Part shown: positions 28,822-37,886 of the stretch, piece after piece
Numbering within the stretch: the stretch's first letter is position 1
Layout: the number at the start of each line of letters is the position of its first letter
Source of the DNA: a virus
Reading direction: 5' to 3' (one strand)
IMG/VR virus record: IMGVR_UViG_3300031539_000002
DNA: 64,000 nt
The notes under the pieces: model-generated
Databases searched by the model: none
What the model saw: the letters and a program-made list of their open reading frames with translations, nothing else
What the model was told of the DNA's origin: nothing
Translations under genes and position numbers: made by a program

Positions 28822-30330
28822 ATGGCGTTCTCTAAGACCGCTCGAGCAGACGTGACGCAGCCTTCGTGGTCGATGGACCATTGGGGCAACTTCGTGCAGC
28901 AAGCGCGTGGGCGCGTTCGTACTGCTTCAGGTTCCCCGAACCTGGTGTCCCAGGCATCGGAGATCCTCCAAGAGAACTTCTCTCCCGAGAAGTACCTCCT
29001 GACGCACGCGACCATCGTGGCGTCGGTGGATACCGATGACGTGCAGAACGTCAAGCTCGGGAACATCAACGAGCTCGGTCGCAAGGTGAATCGCCGGTGG
29101 GCGAACTACCGCATCAAGCCGGGCTGCGACATCTACATCAACAACAACCACGACGCGTGGGACCGACCGGTGCTCCTCAAGAGCTACCGAACCTTCGTCG
29201 GCGCCCACAACTTCGTGGAGCACGTTCAGATCGAGGACCAGTCGAAGGGCCGCATCATCGATGCTGCTGCCCGCGACATCGGCGACTCGGTCTACGTGGA
29301 CATCCTCATCGCGACCAACCGCCGTCACTCGAGCCTGATTCGGGACATCGAAGCTGGCCGCATGAACACGATGAGCATGGGCTGCTCCGTCACGGAAACG
29401 ATCTGCACGAAGTGCGGGAACGTGGCCGCCGACGAGACGGAGATGTGCGAGCACGTCAAGTACGCCAAGGGGCAGTACGAGTACGACTCGTTGGGACGCA
29501 AGTACCGAGTGGCCGAACTCTGCGGCCATAGTGACATCGACCCCACAGGCGGCGTGACGTTCATCGAAGCGTCATGGGTCGCGGTCCCTGCTTTCCAGGG
29601 TGCCGTGATGCGCAACATCCTTGCGCCAGGCTCCATCAACTTGGATACGCGGAGTCAGATGCAGAAGGTGCTCTCAGAGCCCCCTTCGCAGTGGACTGCC
29701 GACGATGATCAAATGGCCAAGGCCGCTCGCACACTCGAAGTGACGTTCGATGAGAACTCCCTCGATGCTGTGCAGCTCGCCGAGCGCCGTCGCCTCCAGC
29801 GTATTGCTGAGATGCCCGCCATGCCTGAGATGCCCCCAATGGGTGCTCCGGGCGAAGGTGGCGCACCAGGCGGTGAAGAAGCTGACCCGATGAAGGATCT
29901 CGAGGACGAGATCGAGAAGTACGTCCTCGACAAGATCAAGAAGAAGATTCGGGACAAGATGGTTTCGGAGGAGGACGAGGACCAGGTTTCCGAAGAGGAA
30001 CTTGCCACGTCGTCCAACGAGAACATCAACCACCAAGCAGCCAAAGTCGCTGCACTGACGAACGGTACGAAGACCCTTCTTCGCATCGCTCGCTCTGACG
30101 TGGAGTTGCTCGACGGGATGGCCCGTCTCCAGCAAAGCCACGGCATCAAAGTTTCGAGAGAACTGTACAGGACCGCCCTCCGGGTCGGGTCTACCGACGG
30201 GCACCCCTCTCTCGAAAAGTACCTCGTGCAATGTGCCGAGGTGCTTGGTCACAACCCAAACACGGGAGAATCCAAGACCTTGGTGCGTCTTGGGCGAATC
30301 CTTTCAATGCGAAAGAAGACCCGGTTCTAG
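28822..30330 (+). CDS. Prohead (capsid maturation) protease with Zn-ribbon insert
   Basis: FVEH, GRIIDA, SMGC (putative catalytic Ser), CTKC..CEH, EASWVAVPAF; lies upstream of scaffold and capsid genes. Confidence 0.75.
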   Translation: MAFSKTARADVTQPSWSMDHWGNFVQQARGRVRTASGSPNLVSQASEILQENFSPEKYLLTHATIVASVDTDDVQNVKLGNINELGRKVNRRWANYRIKPGCDIYINNNHDAWDRPVLLKSYRTFVGAHNFVEHVQIEDQSKGRIIDAAARDIGDSVYVDILIATNRRHSSLIRDIEAGRMNTMSMGCSVTETICTKCGNVAADETEMCEHVKYAKGQYEYDSLGRKYRVAELCGHSDIDPTGGVTFIEASWVAVPAFQGAVMRNILAPGSINLDTRSQMQKVLSEPPSQWTADDDQMAKAARTLEVTFDENSLDAVQLAERRRLQRIAEMPAMPEMPPMGAPGEGGAPGGEEADPMKDLEDEIEKYVLDKIKKKIRDKMVSEEDEDQVSEEELATSSNENINHQAAKVAALTNGTKTLLRIARSDVELLDGMARLQQSHGIKVSRELYRTALRVGSTDGHPSLEKYLVQCAEVLGHNPNTGESKTLVRLGRILSMRKKTRF

Positions 30331-30361
30331 CCAGAACACCAAGTCTCAGGAGAAAAAAATC

Positions 30362-31807
30362 ATGGCACGTCAACGACTCACCCGTAAGCTGGCCGAGCAA
30401 AGCAAAAAGGCCTCCCCTCCCCCACAGATCCCCGCGGTCGATCGCACTGAGGGCCCGAGCAATCCGGCCTACTACCCCGATCCCGACGCGGACAAGTATC
30501 AGAACGGCGACACCAGCTCGTGGGCAGAAGATCCCCACAAGCCGATGGAGCCCGAGAGCCCGCCCCCGGCCATGCCCGGTAACCTGACCACGGAGAAGCT
30601 GGATCACCCCGGCACCTCCGAGTTCAGCAAGAAGCCCGAAACCCCGGAGCAAGCTGCTGCCGAAGGTGGCGGCGGTGGCAAGTCGGCGTCCCTCAAGGAG
30701 CTCGCCGAGCAGCGCGCTACCCTGTGCGTCCGTCTCGCTTCTGCAATGCTGCCCAAGTCCTCGGCCCTCGAGATCGAGGAGCGCGCTGTCAGGCTCATGG
30801 ACCTTGACGACGCAAAGCTCAAGGCCGCAATGGAGACCTTCAACGTCCTCGCCGGCGAAGAGCCCGACGAGTTCGAAGAGGGCGAAGAGTCCGAAGGGAC
30901 CAAGGAGTTCGACGAAGAGAAGGAAGGCGGCAAGAAGGCTGCTCACGAACTCACCGCGCACTCGGCACGCATCGCGAAGATTGAGGGTGCGCTTGGTCGC
31001 ATCGTCAAGGCCATGGGCCACTTCTTCGGGATGGAAGAGGGCGACGAGGGCATGAGCGACAAGGAGCTCATGGCCTACCTCATGGCCGAGGACATGGACG
31101 GCGACGGCGTCGACCAGAACGAGCCCGACTACGGCTACGGCGGTGGCGGCGAGAAGTCCTCCATGGAAGAGGAAGTGGAAGAGGAAGAGGCCATGCTTCG
31201 CGCCATGCTCGAGGAGATGGACGAGGAAATGGCTGTCATGGCTTCGGCCGCGACCGAGACCACCGAGCCTCTCGCCAAGGGTGCGGACATCCAATCGGGT
31301 GAGGGCGGCAACGTCAATCCCGATCCCGCTCCCCACACTCCCGTCGTCGCTCAGAGCGACGGTGCCGAGAAGAAGGCCAACGAGGACCCCACCGACAACG
31401 ACATCGAGATCAGCGCCTCTGGTGCTGACCCGATGGGTCTGATGGACCTCACCGCTTCGGCCGACGACGAGCTGCTTGCTCTCTACGCCGATCTCGACCT
31501 GCCCAAGACGGCCGGTGAGGAAATGGAAGAGGCCGAGGAAGCCCCGGTCGACGACGAAGCCGGAACCGATGAGAAGGCCGAAGAGGACGACATCGAGTTC
31601 GGTGCCGACGACGAGAAGAAGGGTGGCAAGAAGGCCGCACCCGTCAAGCAACGTCCGCAGCCCAAGGCGGCTTCGGCCGGCGCTCGCACGCTCGGCAATG
31701 TTGCCGGGATGCCCAAGGCTGCACACGACGAGATCGCCGAGCTCGGCAAGATCTGGGACACCGCTCCCGACGTTGCGTCTGTGTTCGGACTCCCCAGCGG
31801 AAGCTGA
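30362..31807 (+). CDS. Putative scaffolding protein
   Basis: Very acidic and low-complexity, between protease and capsid genes; AGGAG RBS; many KxA motifs. Confidence 0.65.
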   Translation: MARQRLTRKLAEQSKKASPPPQIPAVDRTEGPSNPAYYPDPDADKYQNGDTSSWAEDPHKPMEPESPPPAMPGNLTTEKLDHPGTSEFSKKPETPEQAAAEGGGGGKSASLKELAEQRATLCVRLASAMLPKSSALEIEERAVRLMDLDDAKLKAAMETFNVLAGEEPDEFEEGEESEGTKEFDEEKEGGKKAAHELTAHSARIAKIEGALGRIVKAMGHFFGMEEGDEGMSDKELMAYLMAEDMDGDGVDQNEPDYGYGGGGEKSSMEEEVEEEEAMLRAMLEEMDEEMAVMASAATETTEPLAKGADIQSGEGGNVNPDPAPHTPVVAQSDGAEKKANEDPTDNDIEISASGADPMGLMDLTASADDELLALYADLDLPKTAGEEMEEAEEAPVDDEAGTDEKAEEDDIEFGADDEKKGGKKAAPVKQRPQPKAASAGARTLGNVAGMPKAAHDEIAELGKIWDTAPDVASVFGLPSGS

Positions 31808-31821
31808 TCAGAGAGTTCTCC

Positions 31822-31864
31822 AGGTCGAAGGGGCTTTTAGTTTCCCTATAAGCCCTTTCGACCT
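31822..31864 (+). terminator. Hairpin after the scaffold gene (terminator or processing stem)
   Basis: AGGTCGAAGGGGCTT...AAGCCCTTTCGACCT; no U-tract. Confidence 0.45.
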
Positions 31865-31865
31865 C

Positions 31866-31888
31866 GGTAAAGCCCCTATCTGGGGACC
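31866..31888 (+). promoter_or_regulatory. Putative late-promoter motif for the decoration/capsid genes
   Basis: GGTAAAGCCCCTATCTGGGGACC. Confidence 0.6.
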
Positions 31889-31997
31889 ATATATGTGAAT
31901 GACGAGGTTTCGGGTCGGTAGCGTGAATTGATCTTATTCCGAGATCAGCCGACACGAACCCCATCACACTCAGCCAGTAAACAAGGAGCACAGCGAT

Positions 31998-32657
31998 ATG
32001 CCAATGCTTGGACAGGCGAGTGGCGGGTTCACGGAGAGCTCTGCAGCCCTACGGCTTTTGCACGTAGGAATTAGGAACGCAACGGGCGTTCTGACCGCAG
32101 ATGGCTTCACCCAGACCAACCCTCCCATCGTCACTACAGCGGGCACGATTTCCACTCAGACCAACACCGGCGTTGCCGGCGTCCTGAGCGGTTCCGTGGC
32201 CTTCACCCGACCCGATCAAGGGTCGAACTTCATCGGAGGTCCGGTTGAACCCGGCGCCCCCGACAACATTCTCATCCGCCCCCTCGGCGTGTTCGTGAAC
32301 ACGGCCGTCGGCAATGCGTTTGAGAACCAACCCGGACCTGCATCCGGCAAGAACACCTACGTGTCTGCACAAGGAACCTACGGGAACCAACTGTTCGAGA
32401 CGCAGGCCCTTGCCACGGTCGGTGCCGTCACCGTCGGTGACGACCTGATCTACCAGGCCGGCCAAGAGCTCGTCGCTTCTCGCAACGGGTACCTCATGAT
32501 GCGCGTCACCACGCAGACTGGTGCGGCGATTTCCCTGGACGTGGCTTCCACCACTTCCGAGGTCGCCAACGGCAATACTGCCTCAACCCTGCTGGGCGTC
32601 CTCAAGATGCCGCCCGACAGCGAGCAATTCGAGCTCGTCTACGACCAGCGCGTCTAG
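31998..32657 (+). CDS. Putative head decoration/cement protein
   Basis: G/T/V-rich ~220 aa immediately upstream of the MCP; AAGGAG RBS. Confidence 0.55.
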   Translation: MPMLGQASGGFTESSAALRLLHVGIRNATGVLTADGFTQTNPPIVTTAGTISTQTNTGVAGVLSGSVAFTRPDQGSNFIGGPVEPGAPDNILIRPLGVFVNTAVGNAFENQPGPASGKNTYVSAQGTYGNQLFETQALATVGAVTVGDDLIYQAGQELVASRNGYLMMRVTTQTGAAISLDVASTTSEVANGNTASTLLGVLKMPPDSEQFELVYDQRV

Positions 32658-32672
32658 GAAAGGAGAGAGAAA

Positions 32673-33548
32673 ATGACCGGTGTATCCAACGCTGTGAAGC
32701 AAAAACTCATCTCCGAGTACATCAAGACCCCCGCGGGTCGTGCCAAGCTCGCTGCCTCTCTGACGCAGCCGCTCCGTACTCGGCGAGACTACACCTCGGT
32801 AGGCCGCAAGACCTTTTTGGTCGAGCAGCTCCCCGATGGTGCCCTGCCCATCTACGACAAAGACCCGGACGTGACAGCGTACGTGGTCGGCGAGGAAGGC
32901 GAGAACATCATCGCCGTCACCAAGCCACGTCGTGTGATTTTTCCGTTGTTCGAGATCGCCTCGAACCCGGAGATTCCACTCACCCAAATCAAGGAGCGTC
33001 GTTTCGATCTGATCGAGCGTGCTCAGGATCTTGCGCGTGCGCAGATCCAGGCTGCCGAAGACGAGCGCGTCTTCGCTGTCCTTGATGCCATCGCCACCAA
33101 CGGGTTCGACTCGATCCCCGGTGGTACCAACCCCGACATTCCAGTGGTCGCTCCGATCTCTGGTGCGGTGCTGGCCGACGCCTTCGCTCTCATCGAGCGC
33201 CACGACCTCCGGGTCGCGCGCGTGTACATGAACGCGCGGGACTACGCCGACATCAGGAAGTTTGGCCGCGATATTCTCGACATCGAGAGTCAGGCCACGC
33301 TGCTCAAGACCGGCCTCCAGGCTACCCTTTGGGGTGCCCAGGTCATCACGAGTCGCATCGTTCCTGCTGGCACCGTCTATGTATGTTGCGAACCTGAAAT
33401 GTTCGGTAGGATTCCGGTCCGCACCGAGCTGACCGTCCTCTCTGCGGACGATCCCAAGGCTCGGACCATTGGCTTCAGTGTGTTCGAAAACTTGGGTATT
33501 GGTGCGTATAACCCGCGTGGGTTGACTCGCCTCACCGTGACCCGCTAG
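32673..33548 (+). CDS. Major capsid protein (HK97 fold)
   Basis: Strong AAGGAG RBS; E-loop-like VVGEEG, QAAEDERVF spine helix, YMNARDYADI, LWGAQVITSRIVPAG; followed by a terminator. Confidence 0.85.
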   Translation: MTGVSNAVKQKLISEYIKTPAGRAKLAASLTQPLRTRRDYTSVGRKTFLVEQLPDGALPIYDKDPDVTAYVVGEEGENIIAVTKPRRVIFPLFEIASNPEIPLTQIKERRFDLIERAQDLARAQIQAAEDERVFAVLDAIATNGFDSIPGGTNPDIPVVAPISGAVLADAFALIERHDLRVARVYMNARDYADIRKFGRDILDIESQATLLKTGLQATLWGAQVITSRIVPAGTVYVCCEPEMFGRIPVRTELTVLSADDPKARTIGFSVFENLGIGAYNPRGLTRLTVTR

Positions 33549-33568
33549 TAGCGGCAGAACGGCCAAAC

Positions 33569-33608
33569 AAGGGAAGCCCTCACTCTTCGGAGTGGGGGCT
33601 TTTCCTTT
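33569..33608 (+). terminator. Rho-independent terminator
   Basis: AAGCCCTCACTC-TTCG-GAGTGGGGGCTT followed by a T-rich tail; cUUCGg loop. Confidence 0.85.
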
Positions 33609-33651
33609 GGTTGCGGAGCATACTGGAGCGTAGTAAAAGACCTTAGTACCT

Positions 33652-34626
33652 ATGCGTGCCATCCCGTGTCCCATCACCAAAGCCGAACTCGAGCAGCTCT
33701 ATCTCGGCGAGAAACTCACCGACGACGAGGTCGCAGTCCGTATCGGCAAGGAGGCGACAGCCAAGCGTGTGCGCTCATGGAGGAAGCGTCTGGGCATTCG
33801 CACGCTCCAGCGGTGGGAACGGTACGACGTGCCTCCGATCGAGGGGCGTCTCAAGTCGCTGCTCGTGGGATCGATGCTCGGTGACGGGAGGCTCGTCCAC
33901 AGGACGCACGCGACCCACTACACGGAGAACCACGAGGACGACCAGAAACCCTATCTTGAGTGGAAAATGGCTCAGTGGGGCTCCTGGGTCCGCGTGGAGC
34001 CCAAGCACGTAGACAAGACGAAGGACGGCAAGACATACCGGTCTTGGCGGTTCCACACGGTCGCCCATGAGGCCCTGAACGACTGGCAAGCGTTGTTCTA
34101 CGAGAACCGTGATCGAGGGTGGAAGATCCTTGTGCCCGAACTCGTGGATCACGTCGATGAATTCGCGCTCGCCATCTGGTACCTCGATGACGGCTACGCG
34201 GGGTGGTGGCCCGAGTACCTTTTCGGTTCGACAGCCGAGAGCCGCAAAGTGGCATGGGCGATCTTTGAGAAGTTCGGGCTCAAACCTCGGTGGCAATTCG
34301 TCAAAGAGATGGAGGGACGTGAAACTGGCAAGTTCCACATGGAGCGCGAGGACACAGCCGAGCGTTTTCTTGAGATCGTGCGCCCGCACGTCCCGGCCTG
34401 CATGGCCTACAAGGTCAAGAGCTTCGGTTACAACAGCGGGCGCAACAACATCATCAAGGGCAAGCTCGACCCCGAGGTCTTGCGCGAGCTGGCGGCCGAG
34501 GGGATTCCGATCCGACGCATGGCCAAGTTGTTCGGGGTCGGGGGCGCGACCATCGACCGACATCTCAAGAAGCATGGCATCGAGCACGCGAGAACCAAAG
34601 GGAACCCGCGCCACAGGACCCCATGA
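33652..34626 (+). CDS. Free-standing LAGLIDADG homing endonuclease with N- and C-terminal HTH
   Basis: LVGSMLGDGRL and LAIWYLDDG motifs; C-terminal IRRMAKLFGVGGATIDRHL. Confidence 0.85.
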   Translation: MRAIPCPITKAELEQLYLGEKLTDDEVAVRIGKEATAKRVRSWRKRLGIRTLQRWERYDVPPIEGRLKSLLVGSMLGDGRLVHRTHATHYTENHEDDQKPYLEWKMAQWGSWVRVEPKHVDKTKDGKTYRSWRFHTVAHEALNDWQALFYENRDRGWKILVPELVDHVDEFALAIWYLDDGYAGWWPEYLFGSTAESRKVAWAIFEKFGLKPRWQFVKEMEGRETGKFHMEREDTAERFLEIVRPHVPACMAYKVKSFGYNSGRNNIIKGKLDPEVLRELAAEGIPIRRMAKLFGVGGATIDRHLKKHGIEHARTKGNPRHRTP

Positions 34627-35114
34627 GCAACAAAGACTTCCCACTGTTTCCGGTCCCGGATGAGGGGCTGCCTTTGTTCGACGGGGTTGAGTACCGGCTG
34701 GATGGTCTGGAGCGGGAAGTTCGTGAAATTCTGTGGTCTCTTGCGGACCGTCTTGGTGAGTTGAAAGAGTGGGCCTGGCTGGTGGGCGGCACGCTGGAGA
34801 AGGGAGGTCTGCGAACGATTGTGCGGATGGCCGCTGTGGAGCTGAACCGTTGTGGGGTCCTTGCGGATGGGGTGTCCCCTGTAGACCTTCAAGAGGACAT
34901 GGTGACGTGTTTCGTGCCGGAGGACTGCGCAGGGTTGTGGCGTAAGACGGTGGTGTGGCATGCCGTGGTGGTGGCGGTCACGACGTTGTCGGAGAAGGGG
35001 TCGAATCCAGTTTCCGATCGTCTTTGGTCACAGATTCGGCCTCGGCTGTTTGAAGCCTGGACCGAGCTTGCCGACAAGTTAGGCGTTGATGCGCCGGTTC
35101 TGGATGTGTGGTGA
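34623..35114 (+). CDS. Hypothetical protein
   Basis: ATGA overlap with the endonuclease gene; no motif recognised. Confidence 0.55.
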   Translation: MSNKDFPLFPVPDEGLPLFDGVEYRLDGLEREVREILWSLADRLGELKEWAWLVGGTLEKGGLRTIVRMAAVELNRCGVLADGVSPVDLQEDMVTCFVPEDCAGLWRKTVVWHAVVVAVTTLSEKGSNPVSDRLWSQIRPRLFEAWTELADKLGVDAPVLDVW

Positions 35115-35256
35115 GGGATCATCAGCGGGAGCCTGTCCTGGTGTTCCGCAAGCCGTAGGGGCGCCCTCCGCAGGAGAAGGGGTAGAAGGAGAGACATGGG
35201 CGTCCGCGACGAAACGACTTGACTTTTGTTCTGCGTTCTCCTAGAACGGGAGAGAC

Positions 35257-35865
35257 ATGCCACAGCATTCTCTAAAAGAGATTCAACGCAGCATCCGGGA
35301 GTTCTACAAGGAGCATGGAAAACGCCCGACGAGTCGGAGCTCCGGGGAGGGCCTGAACTGGAATGGGGTGGATCAGTGGCTCCGCAAAAACGACTACGGG
35401 TCTGTTGCTCAGGTCTCTCAGGATCTGGGGATCTCAGGGCCCCATGCCGATCATGGCCTTGCAAAGATCAAGAAGGGCATTCGGAAGTTCAAGGCGGAGC
35501 ACGGGAAAATCCCTAGTGTTTTGACGGGAGACGCCACGGAGGACGTGGGGTACAGGACGAGCTGGGTGAACGTGAACAACTGGCTCCGTACACACGGGCA
35601 CGGCTCTCTCGCTCAGCTATGTCAGAGGATGGGGGTTGCGTCTTCGGTGAGCCATTCGCTGGAGGCTATCCGTGTTGGCGTCGCACTTTTTGAGAAGGAG
35701 CACGGGCGCCCTCCTCGTCAACGTGACGGGGACGCGACCTCTTATGTGACCTACAGGACTACGTGGCGAGCGGTGGATGCGTGGTTGCGCCGGAACGGAA
35801 CTTCTCTTGGGGCATCGAGCACCGACAGGAAAAAGCACACGACTGACAAGGACAAAAAATCATGA
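35257..35865 (+). CDS. Helical repeat protein (3 repeats)
   Basis: 3 x FxxEHGxxP...WxxVxxWLR..GS. Confidence 0.75.
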   Translation: MPQHSLKEIQRSIREFYKEHGKRPTSRSSGEGLNWNGVDQWLRKNDYGSVAQVSQDLGISGPHADHGLAKIKKGIRKFKAEHGKIPSVLTGDATEDVGYRTSWVNVNNWLRTHGHGSLAQLCQRMGVASSVSHSLEAIRVGVALFEKEHGRPPRQRDGDATSYVTYRTTWRAVDAWLRRNGTSLGASSTDRKKHTTDKDKKS

Positions 35866-37886
35866 AATTCCGCAAGCTCCGCAAGTACCAAGCCAAGCAC
35901 AAGCGCGCGATCCTCCAGGCCCTCCACGAGGACCGGGATGTGCTCTACAACGCCCCGACAGGTGCGGGGAAGGGCACGGTGGGAACCTCGGTCATCGACG
36001 ATCTCAGCCGGGGGGACTGGAACGGTGTCGTGGTGGTCGTTCCGATGCACACCATCCGGGACAGTTTCATGTACAACGGCGCGGGTTCGCCTGACTTGTT
36101 CGATCTCGAGATCTACAACGGCGAACCGAGCACGAAACGGAGGTTCGCGAAGTGGATGCGCAAGCACTGGCAGGACCGGTCGTTCGCCTCGGTGATCTGC
36201 CGGCAGTCCTTCGTGCACGTTTCGTTGCCTCAAGATCTCACCGGTTGGACCCTCGTCATTGACGAGGCCCACGGCAGCACGATCGAGACGGGAGATGATG
36301 CGCCGCTCATGGGGATGAAGCGCAAAGAGTGGACCGATCGAGGGGGGCGCCTCGTCGTGATCTCGGCGACGCCCTACCGCGGCGACGGTCTCCAAGTCTA
36401 CGACGACACCTTTGTCCAAGTGCGTCGCTCCATCGCGGAGCATTCGCTGCCTGACGAGGACGGCAAGCGGTACGCGCCGAAACATTTCGAGATTCGCGCG
36501 GTGGGTCTCACGGGCTACCAGGTCCGAACGAAGGACGAGCTCTACGGGGAAAAGGCGCCGCGCCACATCACCCCCACTGCCATCAGAAAGATGGTCCGGG
36601 AGTGGAAGGGTGCGGGGTGTCCCAAGACCGTTATCATCGTCCCGGCCGGGGAGTCTGGCTCGTGGAGTTATCAAGTAGTCGAGGCGTTCGAGCGTGAGAA
36701 GGTTCCGTACCGAGGCGGTACCGCGGCGCAGGTCCACAACGCAGTCGGTACTGGTAAGGAGTGCCAAGACAAGCTCCTGGCACTCCTCGCCCGTGAGCGC
36801 GAAGTGACGCACATCGACCAGTCCCAGGCGGATGTGATCGTCGCCTGCGCGCGTTTCGATGAAGGGACCGACTGGCCCTTGTGCAGTCACATCTACCACG
36901 TCGGGTTTCCGAAGACGATCCGGCGCACCAATCAGCGGTGGGGTCGTTCTTTCCGTAGCAAGGCCGGGATCAAGGGACATCCGCACCCGGATGTGGCGCA
37001 GATCTGTTTCTTCGTGCCGGAGTTGACGAAGGAGATGCGCGACCAGATGGCGGTGCCCGCGTTTGAGCGGCTCCACCTTCGTATGGCGCTTCTGATGGCC
37101 GGCCACCTCGAGGACCACGAGGCTGGCCAGATGCTCGTGTCTGTGATCCGGGACGTGGTCAAGATGAACACGCCCTCGGTCCCAGTCAACGTGGACCTCG
37201 ACGAGATCGAGGCGCGGCTGCAGCCCACGGATGAGGAGATGCAGGCCGTCTCTGTCGCGTTCAAGTATCTGCGACCCGCCGAGAAGGGGCTCAGCCTTGC
37301 GGAAGTGGACCGTGTCGCCGAGCGCCATGGGTTCGACGACCGGTGCAAGATGCTGCTGCGGCTCCGGGTAGCTGCGGCGGTCAAGGACCCGAAGACGCGC
37401 GCGGCGATGTTCGAGGCGCTTCACCATGCGTGCCGCAAGATGTTCAAGAAAGCCAAGAGTACGAAGGGTGACAAACGCAAGTCCTCGGTGTCGAGCCCCA
37501 TCGATCTGTTGCCGGGAGTTTTCAATGAGCTGTTCGACGAGTACGTCGTGCGAGAGCACAGGGGACTCATCAAATTCGACCCGCCGATGACGAAGAAGAA
37601 CTGGCGGATGCTTTCGCGCCTGACTGGTCGGGACCCCAAGGAGATCGATCAGAGCATGCGGAAGGTCATCGGCATCTTGCACCGCACCGACGACATCATG
37701 GCCGGCACCGTGAAGTACATCGAGGAGCATAGTAAGCCCCCCACGGACTCATCGGGGGATGCCACGCCCTACGTTGGGTACGAAGCGACTTGGAAGTCCG
37801 TCAACGCTTACCTCCGGGGTCACCCGCTATCCAAGGGCGCCGTCGAGGCGTGGCGCCAGAGGAACATGGAGGCGCCGGGGCGGTGA
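35862..37886 (+). CDS. SF2 (DEAH, ResIII-like) helicase with one C-terminal repeat unit
   Basis: APTGAGKG, VVVVP, IDEAH, SATP, FDEGTDWP, QRWGRSFR; C-terminal YIEEHSKPP..GDAT..WKSVNAYLR. Confidence 0.88.
   Translation: MKFRKLRKYQAKHKRAILQALHEDRDVLYNAPTGAGKGTVGTSVIDDLSRGDWNGVVVVVPMHTIRDSFMYNGAGSPDLFDLEIYNGEPSTKRRFAKWMRKHWQDRSFASVICRQSFVHVSLPQDLTGWTLVIDEAHGSTIETGDDAPLMGMKRKEWTDRGGRLVVISATPYRGDGLQVYDDTFVQVRRSIAEHSLPDEDGKRYAPKHFEIRAVGLTGYQVRTKDELYGEKAPRHITPTAIRKMVREWKGAGCPKTVIIVPAGESGSWSYQVVEAFEREKVPYRGGTAAQVHNAVGTGKECQDKLLALLAREREVTHIDQSQADVIVACARFDEGTDWPLCSHIYHVGFPKTIRRTNQRWGRSFRSKAGIKGHPHPDVAQICFFVPELTKEMRDQMAVPAFERLHLRMALLMAGHLEDHEAGQMLVSVIRDVVKMNTPSVPVNVDLDEIEARLQPTDEEMQAVSVAFKYLRPAEKGLSLAEVDRVAERHGFDDRCKMLLRLRVAAAVKDPKTRAAMFEALHHACRKMFKKAKSTKGDKRKSSVSSPIDLLPGVFNELFDEYVVREHRGLIKFDPPMTKKNWRMLSRLTGRDPKEIDQSMRKVIGILHRTDDIMAGTVKYIEEHSKPPTDSSGDATPYVGYEATWKSVNAYLRGHPLSKGAVEAWRQRNMEAPGR

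Noticed and set aside
32673-33548. Encapsulin nanocompartment with Dps cargo
   Set aside because: The terminase, portal, protease and scaffold context indicates a true phage capsid
33548-34626. Group I intron or intein hosting the LAGLIDADG ORF
   Set aside because: The capsid gene ends with a stop and terminator, the endonuclease has its own start and stop, and no splice motifs or resumed exon were seen
35196-35222. ATG after an AGGAG/TAGAAG box
   Set aside because: It gives only an 8-codon ORF; the box more likely serves as the promoter for 35257
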